64,000 nt of DNA. Origin: Mucilaginibacter sp. Lineage in GTDB: Bacteria; Bacteroidota; Bacteroidia; Sphingobacteriales; Sphingobacteriaceae. The DNA is taken from the NCBI GenBank assembly GCA_036569325.1, contig DATCQV010000116.1:8614-72613 (forward strand), given 5' to 3'. The notes beneath the pieces are model-generated. The model was not told the origin of the DNA. It ran no database searches and saw nothing but the letters and a program-made list of their open reading frames with translations. How positions within the stretch are numbered: position 1 is the stretch's first letter; every line of letters begins with the position of its first letter. The translations under genes and the position numbers were made by a program. Below, one piece after another: positions 49,146 to 60,900 of the stretch.

Positions 49146-49664
49146 TTAAGCAGCCAATCTAATGACCGATGACTCACCCTCATCAATTAAATAACTATCT
49201 GCGATTAACCCAGTCTGTATGAAACCCAGTAGATAGGGGCCTTCTAACTGACGGTACAGATGAAGAATATCGGCTTCAAACCCGGACTTACTAACCAATA
49301 TAGCCCGTTCTGTGACCTTCACAATACATGCACCATGTTTTTGTAATACGCATGTTCCCGACGTCTCGAGGAACGCTTTGGACAGCTTATAAAAGGCAGA
49401 TCGAATTCCAAAAGCCTCCGCGACTTTTGTATTATCCACCGCATAAACTTCAATTATATTTGCTATCTTCAAAATAAGAGAATGCAAAGCTTTCTCACTA
49501 ATTAACAATTCAATTGTAATAACCACGATTGAACGAACATCGGTTTTTGCAGCGCTAATACTTTCAATTTCGACAAGTCGTCGGTTGATCATTCCGGTTA
49601 TCAAATGCAGCAGGCCTGGCCTATTTTCCGCTTTTATTAGCAATAGATAATTCTCCTTCTTCAT
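49146..49664 (-). CDS. ACT-domain protein, acetolactate synthase small-subunit-like
   Basis: AENRPGLLHLITGMINRRLVEIESIS, an IlvH/IlvN-like N-terminus. Confidence 0.75.
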   Translation of the reverse strand: MKKENYLLLIKAENRPGLLHLITGMINRRLVEIESISAAKTDVRSIVVITIELLISEKALHSLILKIANIIEVYAVDNTKVAEAFGIRSAFYKLSKAFLETSGTCVLQKHGACIVKVTERAILVSKSGFEADILHLYRQLEGPYLLGFIQTGLIADSYLIDEGESSVIRLAA

Positions 49665-49677
49665 TTATTCCTAATTT

Positions 49678-51642
49678 TTACTTCAGTTTAGTTTTGATAA
49701 TATTAAATGAATATGGCAGCGCGGTGAAGCTTATGGTATTGCTGTTAACCGAGATGATACTTGTTTCGGGTTTAATGTTGTCTGGGTGATTGATAGTATT
49801 CACGATGCCAGCATTTTCATCAGCCAGATGGGTCAAACTTCCGGTAGCTTCCACTCGCGCATCTATGCTAATCTTTTCGGTTTTAGGCTTTCCGCTGACA
49901 TTCACCAACTTGATTATAAGCTCACGACTATTCCTATCAATCACAGCAGAAGCCCAGCAACTATCTTTTCCACAAACAACCTTGCCATCTTTTAAAATCG
50001 GTACTACATCCGTGCCCTTGTTATTGCTGAACAGGTACTGCACCCAGTAATTGGGCGTCACATAACTTTTGGCATTATCAAACCAGATCAGGTTCGGCGT
50101 CCATTGCCAGCCGGTAACATGTGCGAACAGCGGCGCATAGCTCGCCATGCTGACCACATCCGCATTCCGCTCGATACCAGTCATAAAACAGGCTTCGCTC
50201 AGTGCCGTATACAGCGTGTTCTTATTCCTCATCGAACCGATCCGGTAAGACTGCGCGGCGTATTCGCCCACGAATATCTTTGGCCCCTTGCGGTCGTAGC
50301 TGTCATAGCGGTTACTGTTATCCATGAACCACTTCGGCGTATCATAGAAATGCTCGTCGATGATATCGGCGCGCCTTGCCCGGAGCACACTGTCCATATA
50401 AGTGAAGACCGGTATGTTGCGGCTGTAGCCGGTAGCGTTGACCAGCTTGATGTTCGGGTATTTGTCCTTGATACGTTTGGTGAAGATCGCCAGGTGCTCA
50501 GCGTACTGCGGTCCCCAGTTCTCATTACCGACACCCAGCATATGCATCCCGAAGGGTTTGGGATGGCCCATTGCCGCCCGCCTTCTGCCCCAAAAGGTTG
50601 TGCTGTCCCCGTTAGCGAACTCGATCAGGTCCAGCGCATCGGTGATATAGGGTTCCAGTTCGTTGACGGGCACCACTTCGGCCGCATCGAACTGGCAGGA
50701 CAGCCCTGCGTTGACGATCGGTAAAGGCTCGGCGCCGATATCCTCGCAAAGCTGGAAATATTCATAAAAGCCGAGCCCGAAACTTTCCATATAATCCGGT
50801 GTCTGCCGGTCCGGCACATCGTCCGCCCAGATGGACTGGACCATTTGCCGGTCTTCCGGGCGACCGATCGTATGCTTCCACTGGTAACGGTGCACGATCT
50901 GGTTGCCCTCCACGATACAGCCGCCCGGGAAGCGAAGGAAGCCGGGGTGCAAGTCGGCCAACTTTTGCACCAGGTCGGCGCGCAGCCCGCCAGGCCTGCC
51001 TTTCCAGGTATCCGTGGGGAAAAGCGACACCCGGTCCAAATCCAGCTGCCCCTTACCCTCAAAAATGACTAGTAGTTTACCTCGCGTAGCGCTGTCCGCC
51101 GGTGTCACCGTTACCTGCTGGTCGTGCCAGTCCCTGTCGGCCGGCGCCGCCAGCGTTACCGAATGCTGCGCCACCGGGCGGTTTTGCGTATTGAACAGGA
51201 ATACTCGCACATGGATGCCGGGCGAAACCTGCCGATAACGCAATGTCAGCGTATAGCGGAGCCCCTTCTTAAAAGCCATCCCTTCATCAAAGCCCGAATT
51301 GACCAGGCCGACTGTGTCCCGCGCCCCGGTCGTCACCCGCATATACTTCGGGTCGGCCTCGTTCTCAGCCGACTGGTTGATCACCATAAGGATCCCATCC
51401 CGTAGGTAAGGCCTCGGCCAGAACTGCCAGGCGGTCATGGGCTTGGGAAAATCGAAGCTCCGGTTCTCCACCATTTCGGCGTACACGCCGCCGTCCGCCG
51501 CGCGGTTGATGTCCTCGAAGAACAGGCCCCATAGGGTAGACGGCACCGGGATTTTGGGATTTTTGGTCTTGACCACGTAGCTATCCTGCGCTGCGGCAAC
51601 AAAACCACAAAATAAAAGCAGCAAAAGAAATATTGATTTCAT
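49678..51642 (-). CDS. Alpha-L-arabinofuranosidase (GH51)
   Basis: GLFFEDINRAADGG; RFPGGC; GNENWG; VGEYA; MASYAPLF; probable start MKSIFLL at 51642. Confidence 0.93.
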   Translation of the reverse strand: MKSIFLLLLLFCGFVAAAQDSYVVKTKNPKIPVPSTLWGLFFEDINRAADGGVYAEMVENRSFDFPKPMTAWQFWPRPYLRDGILMVINQSAENEADPKYMRVTTGARDTVGLVNSGFDEGMAFKKGLRYTLTLRYRQVSPGIHVRVFLFNTQNRPVAQHSVTLAAPADRDWHDQQVTVTPADSATRGKLLVIFEGKGQLDLDRVSLFPTDTWKGRPGGLRADLVQKLADLHPGFLRFPGGCIVEGNQIVHRYQWKHTIGRPEDRQMVQSIWADDVPDRQTPDYMESFGLGFYEYFQLCEDIGAEPLPIVNAGLSCQFDAAEVVPVNELEPYITDALDLIEFANGDSTTFWGRRRAAMGHPKPFGMHMLGVGNENWGPQYAEHLAIFTKRIKDKYPNIKLVNATGYSRNIPVFTYMDSVLRARRADIIDEHFYDTPKWFMDNSNRYDSYDRKGPKIFVGEYAAQSYRIGSMRNKNTLYTALSEACFMTGIERNADVVSMASYAPLFAHVTGWQWTPNLIWFDNAKSYVTPNYWVQYLFSNNKGTDVVPILKDGKVVCGKDSCWASAVIDRNSRELIIKLVNVSGKPKTEKISIDARVEATGSLTHLADENAGIVNTINHPDNIKPETSIISVNSNTISFTALPYSFNIIKTKLK

Positions 51643-51655
51643 GGGCTTCAACTCC

Positions 51656-52150
51656 TTATTTACGGGTATACTCCCCTTTGGCCGACCATTTGTCATTCGC
51701 ATCCTGCGCGTTCTCGAAATAACGCGTAACGGTAAGCGTTCGGCCGTCGGCCGAAAGGCTGTATTCATCGCGTATCGTGTGAGCGTTTTTGCCGGAGTCA
51801 CCCGGTGCGGAATAACTCCTCTCTTCCGTAAACGCCTGGTCGCCCTGCCAGGTCACTTTCGCGATCCTGCGGCGGTTATCCTTGGTGGTGCTAGCCGCAG
51901 GCCCCGGCCCTTCGGGGAGCGTATCCCGGTTCGTCGTGCCCATATTGCTGCGCGTAAGCACCCACCGGTTCCCGGTTTTAAGAACCGTTAACGAATCATC
52001 CACCGTGTTCCGGTAATCGACACCCGAAAGGTTTGTCTTTTGTTGCAGCACCCAACTGCCGGCAAGGCCGGTTTCCTGCGCCCTTGTTATCTTCACGGAA
52101 AGCAGCGTTCCGGTCAGTAAGAGCGCTGCGGCATAATGTTGTATTTTCAT
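51656..52150 (-). CDS. Secreted beta-rich hypothetical protein
   Basis: Signal peptide; AGSWVL and YSLSADGRTLTV, lipocalin-like pattern. Confidence 0.7.
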   Translation of the reverse strand: MKIQHYAAALLLTGTLLSVKITRAQETGLAGSWVLQQKTNLSGVDYRNTVDDSLTVLKTGNRWVLTRSNMGTTNRDTLPEGPGPAASTTKDNRRRIAKVTWQGDQAFTEERSYSAPGDSGKNAHTIRDEYSLSADGRTLTVTRYFENAQDANDKWSAKGEYTRK

Positions 52151-52272
52151 TTTTGTTTTTGGGAAATATGAACAATGAGGTTAATTAACAATGTTGGTAG
52201 CGTATACCGAATAAACTTCGCTTTTGGGCCGCCCAAACTTTATTTAATAAGGAGGTGGTCGGAGTTTTTACA

Positions 52273-55002
52273 TTAGGGTTGTATCCCCGAAGTATCCAAT
52301 TCCAGGCCGTCATCGATCCCCTTCAACTTCGCCGGCACGCCAATGGTCATCCACCGGGGAGGCGGCAGCCCCTTAAGGTAATGATCAAAGAACTGCCGCA
52401 TCCGTATGGTATAATCTTTTTGATTTGATCTGTTATCAAGCCCGTGCCCCTCGTGATCATATTGTAACAGCCAGACCTTTTTACCCGCACGTTTCAGCCC
52501 GGTAAACCATTCGATACCCTGTGCAAAAGGAACTGCGCCGTCCTCGCTGTTATGCATCATCAGCAGCGGCGTGGTCACCCGGTCCAAAGCAAATAAAGGC
52601 GAGTTTTCCAGGTACAAATCCGGTCGGGCCCATGGGGTAACCCCGATACCGTAACCCTCGACCTGGCTACCCAATTCGTAACCGCGCTCCCTGATTCCCC
52701 CGTCTCCATTCAATTGTCCATACGAGCTGATCTGGTCAGCCACGCCCGCAGCTTCGCAGGCCGCCGCAAACAGGTGAGAATGCGTCACGATAAAATTGGT
52801 TTCCCAGCCGCCGAAACTATGCCCCATCAGCCCCAGCCTGGTGCTGTCCACCCATGGATAACGGCTCAGTTCCCGGGCAGCCGATATGATGGAACCAACG
52901 ACGCCCTCACCGGTGTGGTCTTTTGGGAAATTGATATCCGCGTAAAAGACCAGGTAACCATTGCTGACATAGGTCGGAATGTCCAGTATGGCAAATGAAT
53001 AATCAGGCCGCATGAACTCGCGCAGGCCATCGCTGACCTTGGTATAGTAGGTAAAAATAACCGGGTACTTTTTTGCCGGGTCAAAGTTCTCCGGCTTGTA
53101 GAGTATGCCCTCAAGATGATGCCCGTCACCGGTTTTCCAGCTGACCAGCTGCGCGGTCAGCCAATTATAATGCAATTGGGGCGCGATCGAGCTGATTTGT
53201 TTAAACTTAATAAAATCCCTGGTGACCAGGTAATTCGGCGCCTGTTCAGCGCTCACCCGTTTGACCAGGTACACCGGTACGTTTTTGGCCCTGAGCGGCC
53301 GGAATCCGCCTGTGAGTTCCGCGCCGACAGTAGGCGTTGTCCCGCCTAAACCGATCCGCGAAATGAAGTAACTATAGGGTTCCATGTTGCACTTTTGGGG
53401 ATCGGCATGGAGCCACTTTAGATTCGTTTTCCAAAAGCCGTTACGCTTTTCCCGGTCGTACCCCGATAGCAGCAATTGCTCATTTTCAATCAAACCGTCA
53501 TGCATGAAATTCGCTTCCGCATAACTAAATACGATCCCATTTTTGCGGCCAAGGCCGTTGGTCAGGTTAACCGGCGGTTTTGCCCCGCGGAGGTCCAAAA
53601 GCCAAATATCGTAGGCGCCGTATACCAGGATGCCGCCGTCCGGCCCCGTCCAGCCGACAACGCCGAATGGCCGTTTAACGCCGCCGACGTACAGCGTATC
53701 GTTTAACGGATCGGGAACCGCTTTGGAAATGTTCCGCGCGGTTTGCGTTGAAATATCGTAGGAAAAGTAGGCGGCGCTGTCTGGGTCGAACCAGACCACG
53801 TATTTTTCTTCAGGCGACAAAGGATACTGATCGAAGATCAGCCCTTTTTTAAAATGCGTTACTGCGCCGTTGAGCGCAGAAACCAGTATAGGATACCGGT
53901 CCGGCCTAGGATCATAAAAAAACTTTTTGGCGCTGATCGTCGCCCCCAAAACATACCCGTTATTATGAAACCCCGCTACTATGGTCGAATCATCATCAAG
54001 CCTGATGATCCGCCGATCCCGGAGATGCATCACCGCGTAAAATTGCGTCTTCGGCGCAAACTGATCGAAAAACCCATCCGCCAGCTGTTCGGATTGGAGA
54101 TAAGTATCTTTATAATTCCAGATGTTTACACCGGCCGAGCCACGCTTCGGGGCCGGGCGTTTTATCGTGGTATCCTGTAACTTAGCCTTCTTCAACGAAA
54201 AAAAGAGGTGCTCCCCATTTTTGCTGAACGAGGTGTACGCATTGTCTAAAATAAAAGCGGGCGACACCGCTGCCGACCGATCACCGGTCAAATCTACGGC
54301 CTGCGCCATACCTCTTTTGTAATACCACAGAGTATAACCGTTACCGTTGGCCTTCCGGCCGATAAATGCGAGTTGGTTCCCGCTATCGTCGAATGCATAC
54401 GCTGAAGGATCCTGTCCGCTCCAGATCTTGGTCGATTTTCGGGTCAAAAGGTTAACCCATCGCAGGGTACTTTCCCTGCCGCCCGCTTTGATCTCGGCCA
54501 CCAATACCTGTTTCGGCTCATTATAGCTATACTGGGAAACATCCTTAATTCCCCATTCCACGCCGTTTAAAACATTCCTGATATGTAATACACCCGGGTC
54601 CGGTTTGCTGCGGTAGAATAGATACGTTTTATTTTCACCCGGAATTTCAAAGTCGGTAATACCGGCGCTCGCCTGGTAACTGTTCGTCCCCAACCGGTAG
54701 GAGAAGAGCGTATCTTTCCGCTGAAAGAAAATGAGGTCGTTGTTTATGGTAAACGCGGCCCGCCTGGCATTCATAAAATCCTTTTTCCAGCTTCCGTCGG
54801 ACGAAGCGATCTCCAGGGTCGTGCCGCCAACGGGCTGGTTTTGAATATAATAAAAAACATACTGCCCATTGTTGCTAATGCCGGGGTCATTCGCCAGCTG
54901 CGGCCATTTACCGTAGACCGTGGAATCAATGGGCGGCTTTTGACCAAAACAGGAAGAAGCGATCAGGCTGCAAAGCAGCAACAAAAAAAGTTTGCTCATC
55001 AT
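52273..55002 (-). CDS. S9 family prolyl oligopeptidase-like peptidase
   Basis: GHSFGG; MHNSEDGAV; EGHGL; beta-propeller-like N-terminal region. Confidence 0.92.
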   Translation of the reverse strand: MMSKLFLLLLCSLIASSCFGQKPPIDSTVYGKWPQLANDPGISNNGQYVFYYIQNQPVGGTTLEIASSDGSWKKDFMNARRAAFTINNDLIFFQRKDTLFSYRLGTNSYQASAGITDFEIPGENKTYLFYRSKPDPGVLHIRNVLNGVEWGIKDVSQYSYNEPKQVLVAEIKAGGRESTLRWVNLLTRKSTKIWSGQDPSAYAFDDSGNQLAFIGRKANGNGYTLWYYKRGMAQAVDLTGDRSAAVSPAFILDNAYTSFSKNGEHLFFSLKKAKLQDTTIKRPAPKRGSAGVNIWNYKDTYLQSEQLADGFFDQFAPKTQFYAVMHLRDRRIIRLDDDSTIVAGFHNNGYVLGATISAKKFFYDPRPDRYPILVSALNGAVTHFKKGLIFDQYPLSPEEKYVVWFDPDSAAYFSYDISTQTARNISKAVPDPLNDTLYVGGVKRPFGVVGWTGPDGGILVYGAYDIWLLDLRGAKPPVNLTNGLGRKNGIVFSYAEANFMHDGLIENEQLLLSGYDREKRNGFWKTNLKWLHADPQKCNMEPYSYFISRIGLGGTTPTVGAELTGGFRPLRAKNVPVYLVKRVSAEQAPNYLVTRDFIKFKQISSIAPQLHYNWLTAQLVSWKTGDGHHLEGILYKPENFDPAKKYPVIFTYYTKVSDGLREFMRPDYSFAILDIPTYVSNGYLVFYADINFPKDHTGEGVVGSIISAARELSRYPWVDSTRLGLMGHSFGGWETNFIVTHSHLFAAACEAAGVADQISSYGQLNGDGGIRERGYELGSQVEGYGIGVTPWARPDLYLENSPLFALDRVTTPLLMMHNSEDGAVPFAQGIEWFTGLKRAGKKVWLLQYDHEGHGLDNRSNQKDYTIRMRQFFDHYLKGLPPPRWMTIGVPAKLKGIDDGLELDTSGIQP

Positions 55003-55070
55003 TGAAATTTTTTAATCCGTAAAAAACATTTGAATTGAGGGACAACCTGTAAATTAAATTTGCGATCCGG

Positions 55071-56336
55071 TTACCAGGTTGGCTTGCCCTGTTCCATTTT
55101 TTCAAGATTGGTTTTGATCTCCGTGTTCTTTGGATCCAGGGCAACCGCTCTGCGTTCCCATTCTAAGGCTTGCTGCCGGTCACCGGTCTTATAAAAAAGG
55201 TTGGCGTAGGTGTCCAGGCTCGGCGCGTTGGCCGGGTGGCCCTCGACGATGATCTTTTGCCAATGCAGCAATTTTTTCAGGGTATTTTTATCATTGCAGT
55301 GGCCCAGTATATCGTCTATCATATTATTATTGATCACCCAGTTGACACCGCTGGTATCCAGGCCGTAACGCTTGAGCTTCAGCAGGTAAAGCCTGGTAAT
55401 TTCCGGCCAGGCATTTTTAGCGTCATACCATTGGAGCTGGGCATCCAGGAGGGTCCGTTCCGCATAACTTCTGCCATACTTTTTCGAGATCCGTGATCTC
55501 AGCAGTTTCCATTGCGGTTTTTGAACGATAGGCTTGTTGTTGGCATACAAACGCGGGTTAATATCTTCCTTCGTGATAATATTGGCCACGAAATTTTCAG
55601 CAAATAGCTTACGATTCACCGCGGAATCAATTTTTCCGGGATAAGCCATGAATAATTTAAACCCCGGGTCCTTCGAGGTTTTGGTGAAGGATACCACAAA
55701 CCCGATGTTTTTGGTATTGAACAACTCCTGCCTACTTAAATGAAACAGGTAATTTTTGATATAATCGCGGGCCAGTTCACCAGCCAGCTGGTCGGCATGG
55801 AACTCCTGCGAGCGGTTGGCCAGATAGGGCATCATTTCGTAATTTTTCCGGCCCGCCCGGTATTGTTCGATCAACGTATAGTACTGCTTCGCAGGATTCA
55901 GGGCATTGCGCGCGAGCTTCAGGAAATCGGTATCCCTGACTGCCGCGGCTCCCCGGTGAACGATCTTCCCTTCGGCCGATAAAAATAAATAGGTCGGGAA
56001 TTCATAAACATTGTATGCGTTTTTGATCGCCTGCGCGTCTTTATACCAGCTTTTCACATAGTCATCGTCCTGTTTGCTGGAATCCATCTGCACTTTTACC
56101 GAAATAAAATGGGGGTTCATAAATTCGCCGACCGACGACAGCGGGTAAACTTCCCGGTCCATGAGTTTACAGGGACCGCACCAGGTGGCAAAGCAATCCA
56201 CAAAAATATATTTATGCTCCGCCCGCGCTTTGTCCTGGATTTCCGTCCAGGTTAATCCATTTTCAAAATGTATCCCTGCCTGCTGGCCGCGGCCGATAAG
56301 CGGGATCATCAGTAATAAAAAAAATAGCTTTTTCAT
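55071..56336 (-). CDS. Secreted thioredoxin-fold protein with TPR-like tail
   Basis: FVDCFATWCGPCK; FPTYLF; LDTYANLFYKTG. Confidence 0.88.
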   Translation of the reverse strand: MKKLFFLLLMIPLIGRGQQAGIHFENGLTWTEIQDKARAEHKYIFVDCFATWCGPCKLMDREVYPLSSVGEFMNPHFISVKVQMDSSKQDDDYVKSWYKDAQAIKNAYNVYEFPTYLFLSAEGKIVHRGAAAVRDTDFLKLARNALNPAKQYYTLIEQYRAGRKNYEMMPYLANRSQEFHADQLAGELARDYIKNYLFHLSRQELFNTKNIGFVVSFTKTSKDPGFKLFMAYPGKIDSAVNRKLFAENFVANIITKEDINPRLYANNKPIVQKPQWKLLRSRISKKYGRSYAERTLLDAQLQWYDAKNAWPEITRLYLLKLKRYGLDTSGVNWVINNNMIDDILGHCNDKNTLKKLLHWQKIIVEGHPANAPSLDTYANLFYKTGDRQQALEWERRAVALDPKNTEIKTNLEKMEQGKPTW

Positions 56337-56454
56337 GTTTTGTTTATTAGCTGCAGACCAAAACCAAGGTTGCTTCCTACAAATGGCAACCCAGCCCCGG
56401 CCGTCAGCTTGATGGTATCTTTGTTGGCAGATGGGTGATTAATTTTTAGACGTT

Positions 56455-57942
56455 TTAATAACCTGGGTTTTGTACTAGTTTGGGATTTGCTTTCATATCG
56501 CTGATCGGTATCGGATACAATTGCTGGATCGGGTTCCAGGCACCCCCTTTCATAGGCGTGACGACCGTCATGACCGGGTCCACCGTTGCCGTTCTTTTCA
56601 GGTCCAGCCAGCGATTGCCCATTTCGGTAAATAATTCCACCTGCCTTTCATGCAGGATCGCATTCAACAAAGAGGCTTTATCCACCTGGCCAGAATAGGC
56701 TGCTAAGCCGGCCCGCTGACGAATGGCGTTCAAGTCGTCGACTGCCGTCGGTTCGCCCAGTTGTGCCCGCACCTCCGCCCTGATCAGGTATTGTTCGCCT
56801 AAGCGGAGCATGGTCTCGTACTCGGTAACCGGCGCATTCGGGTCATTCACTTTATATTTATAAGCAAAAAAGTAGGTCGTTGGTGTGCCTGCCACCGTAT
56901 CCGTGACCGAACTGATCCATTTGCTTTTGCGCTGATCCCCGTTTTCAAAAGCATTTAATAATTGCGGGCTCAGGAATACCGTGTAGGTGGCCTGGCTCGG
57001 TCCTGAAGGAGGCAGCACAAAGACAGCGGCATCCGGCGTATCCTGGCCAAAGGCAACGGGCTGGATCTGCCAGATGGCCTCATTATTACCCAAACTCGCG
57101 TTCAAAAAAGTATTGTCCAGCGTGGTCAGGCCAAACAGCGATGCGTTACCAATCAGTAAACTTGATTCGCTTTCCGCGTTGGTATAATTAGCGGCATCAC
57201 CCGTCAGGTTGCCGTAATACAGGTATACTTTAGCCAGCATGGCCGTGGCCGCCCATCTACTCGGCCTTACCCTTTCGGCGGAGCTATTAAGCAACGTAGC
57301 ATCTAAATAGGTACTGCTCAATTTGCTTTCCGCGTCCTTAAGATCACGAATAATTTGCTCATAGACTTGTGACTTTGGACTCCGGGCAATGCTGGAATTT
57401 GCTTTATAATCCGTAGTCAGTACCAAAGGTACATCCCCGTACAAATTGACCAGGTAAAAATAGCAGAAGGCTCGGATGAACTCCGCCTCACCCAGCAATT
57501 GCTGTTTTACGGCGGGGGTCAGGCTGGTGGAATTGTTTAAACCCTCGATCGCCGAATTGGCGTAAAAAATGGTTTGATAGTAAACCGTCCAAAAATCCGG
57601 TCCCGATCCGGAAACGTTCGAACTGGTTAAGGCGTTGGTAAAAAACGCCTTTTGGGTGATATCCGCCGCCCCGCTGAACAGCGTCAATTCATCGGCCGAC
57701 AGCCCGGCATACAGCGAAATAGATGAAATGCCCGGGCTGGTGAAGCTAGCGCCGCTGATATTGGTATAGATGCCGGTTAATACCGAGATAGCCGTTTTGT
57801 CATTTTGATAGACGTTGCCGTTGCTCAATGATGTGGGCGGAGCCGATACCTCTACCAGTTTTTTGCAGCCCGCCATTCCCAGGTCTAATAGCAAAACGCT
57901 TATTAAAACCGCAATTTTATATGTTGATTTCATGATCGTCAT
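56455..57942 (-). CDS. susD: RagB/SusD family lipoprotein
   Basis: Lipobox MAGC; GEAEFIRAFCYFYLVNLYGDVP; ERQVELFTEMGNRWLDL; QNPGY. Confidence 0.95.
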   Translation of the reverse strand: MTIMKSTYKIAVLISVLLLDLGMAGCKKLVEVSAPPTSLSNGNVYQNDKTAISVLTGIYTNISGASFTSPGISSISLYAGLSADELTLFSGAADITQKAFFTNALTSSNVSGSGPDFWTVYYQTIFYANSAIEGLNNSTSLTPAVKQQLLGEAEFIRAFCYFYLVNLYGDVPLVLTTDYKANSSIARSPKSQVYEQIIRDLKDAESKLSSTYLDATLLNSSAERVRPSRWAATAMLAKVYLYYGNLTGDAANYTNAESESSLLIGNASLFGLTTLDNTFLNASLGNNEAIWQIQPVAFGQDTPDAAVFVLPPSGPSQATYTVFLSPQLLNAFENGDQRKSKWISSVTDTVAGTPTTYFFAYKYKVNDPNAPVTEYETMLRLGEQYLIRAEVRAQLGEPTAVDDLNAIRQRAGLAAYSGQVDKASLLNAILHERQVELFTEMGNRWLDLKRTATVDPVMTVVTPMKGGAWNPIQQLYPIPISDMKANPKLVQNPGY

Positions 57943-57956
57943 GGTTTGAATTGTTT

Positions 57957-60900
57957 TTAAAACCCCGCTTTAATCCCGAAAGAAAATACCCTTAATGGCG
58001 GCAGCGTGTAGATACTCGCGGACTCGGGGTCCAATCCTTTATAGGGCGTGAAAGTCAGCAGGTTTTGGCCCTCCATGTAAACACTACACGTTCTCATTTT
58101 TATTTTATCAGTAAATCCGTGCGGCAGGGTCCAGGACAGCGAAAGGTTTTTAAGCCTGATGAACGACGTACTGGTATAGGCCGCGTCACTAATAGTTGCG
58201 TCTGCCTGCGACGTATAATTCATGTAATTGGCATCATACTGCTGGATCGGCGCCCTGTCGCCCGGCTTGCGCCACCGGTCCAGGACGGATACCGGCTGGT
58301 TACCCGCGTAGCCGTTTGAATTGCCCGGGAAATTCCCGAAGAAATCGTTCAATCCCTTTTGCCTGACGAACTGGAACAGGAAATCAAGCGTCAGGCCTTT
58401 ATATTGAAAGCTGTTTTCAAAACCGCCGAATAAAGAAGGCGCCGTGTTAACCGCAATATTTTGGTCGGTCAGCGGGTCCGGGTTCGACGTCGGCCCGTTT
58501 ATACCCGCAAATTCGTACAATCCCGTCGTCGGATTGACATCTAAAAAATGGAATACCTTGGTGATCGTTATGGGCTGGCCAACCGTCAGGAAATTTCCAT
58601 AGGTAGATGTCGACAAGTTGGGAAATGCGACTAATTTATTGCGCGGCACGGTAAGATTGAAACCTGAGCGCCAGCTGAAACTGCTGTTTTTGATGTTAAT
58701 GGTATTCAAAGCTAGCTCCACGCCGGTATTTTGAACGGTAGCCGGGAAATTTGTCAGTATACTAGCTGACCCGGTTGTCGCAGGAAGGTGATAAGGCAAC
58801 AACTCATTCGAAGAACGGTTATGGTAATAATCGAGTGTAAGCAGGATCCGGTCTTTGAAAAATCCCAGATCCAGCCCGGCCTCGAACTTCCTGGTCGCCT
58901 CCCATTGTAAATAGGGGTTAATCGGTGTTCCCGGGATCAAACCGGTTAAGCCCTGGTATGGGATGCTTGCGAACGCAGGGTAATACAAACTGAGGAACTG
59001 GTAATCGCCGATCTGGTCATTGCCGGTCGTGCCGTAACTCGACCGGAGTTTACCAAAGCTTAAAAAGGGTATATGATCGGAAACGAATTTCTCTTGGGAG
59101 AATATCCAGGCGACACCCGCCGAGCCAAAATTGTGAAATTGATTTGCGCTGCCAAACCGGCTGCTGCCATCCCGGCGGGCGGTAAGGTCCAGCAAATATT
59201 TATCCTGTAAACTATAGTTGATCCGGCTATATAGCGCGCTATATTTATAAGTCGCCCGGATCGAGGACTGCACGCTCACGCTTGAGGCTGAGCCTATATC
59301 CGATAATTGTTCGTCGTCATTAAAACCACGGGCGATCAATTGCAAGCCCGAGCTGTTATCCTGTTCAATGGTGCCGCCTAACAATACTTCGAGTTTTCCT
59401 TTGCCAAAAACAGTATTGTACCTGAGTTTGGGCTCAACGATCCAGGAGCTTTGATCAGCGTTACCAAATTGTCCAAAACTAGGCGTTACAGGCCGGTTTT
59501 CAGGTCGCTGTGAAGCTGAAGGAACGAGTAAATTTTCATCCGAGCTTAGATTATTATACCCAAAGGAGGATTGTATATTTAGATTTTTCGTTAGCTGGTA
59601 ACTGAGCAGCGAGCTGCCAATCAAATTATGGGTTTGCTTTTCGTAGGTTCTCAATAAAATCCCCAGTGGGTTTGTCCAGGTCGAGCTGCCATTGGCGTCT
59701 GGCATCCAGTTTAAGCTTCCGTTTGGCGTATATAAATTCGGTGCATCGGGGGATAACGTGACAGCATAATACGTCAGGTCGATGCTCGGTAGCTTGTTGT
59801 CATCGATTAAATAATTGCCGCTCAACTGGAATTTGAATTTCTGATTGGTCGAACTCGTGTTGATATTAAAATGGACGCCGCCTTGCCGGTCGGAAAAATT
59901 ATCCGGGAATACCGATGTTTCGCGGTGAAAAGTCCCGCCGACCAAATATTGCGTGCTGATAGTGCCTCCTGAAACGCTGGCATTGTAATTGGCATACTGC
60001 GCCGTTCCGCCGATCAACTGTTTCTGCCAGTTCGTATAGCGCGTCGTGTCCCAGGTACCGTTGATATCGTAATCGGACGGTTGGGTCGTTACCCCGTTGT
60101 TTTTATTGCCTTCATTACGCACCTGCAAAAACTGCGGCGTATTGAGCAGATCCATTTGATGGGCAACCTGTCCGAAGCCTTGACGGAGATTCAAGTCGAC
60201 CCTTGTCTCGCCGGCTTTTCCCTTTTTGGTCGTGATCAGGATAGCCCCGTTGGCGGCGCGGGACCCGTAAATGGACGTCGCATCCGCCCCCTTCAAAATA
60301 CTGATACTTTCAATTTCATTCGGATCGATAAAACTCATGGAACTACCGCTGATGCCATAATTGTTACCGGTCGTGCCCAATACCTGCCCGAGGTTACGCA
60401 AAAGTTCAGAGGGGTACGGGACGCCGTCAACGACATAAAAAGGATCATTGCCGTTTCCGATACTGTTTGACCCCTGGATTTGCGGCGTAACAGCGCTTCC
60501 GGGCATGCCGGTCGACTGTGTGATCAACAAACCCGGCACCCGTCCGGCCAGCGTCAACAAGGGATTAGCCACCGGCTGCGTTTCGATGGTTTTTGCCGAT
60601 ACCGTGGAAATATCTCCCACGTCCAAGCGGCCGGTGGTTTGTCCGTAAGCGATAACTTTGACTTCATCAAGCGGGCTGCTGGCTATGGATAATCGTATAA
60701 TGCCGAGATTGGAGCTTGCGGTCACTTCCTTTTTATTGTAGCCGACGAAAGAGATGACGATAACAGCCTTATCTTCCACATTTTTTAGTTCAAAGTCGCC
60801 CCGTTCGTCAGTGATGGTAACATTCCCGGTCCCTTTGACGGCCACCGTTGCGCCGGCAATAGGTCTGCCCTGCTCGTCATCCACCACGTGTCCCGTCACT

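Noticed and set aside
51643-51801. N-terminal extension of the GH51 ORF in the track
   Set aside because: Overlaps the upstream gene; a signal peptide starts at the Met at 51642
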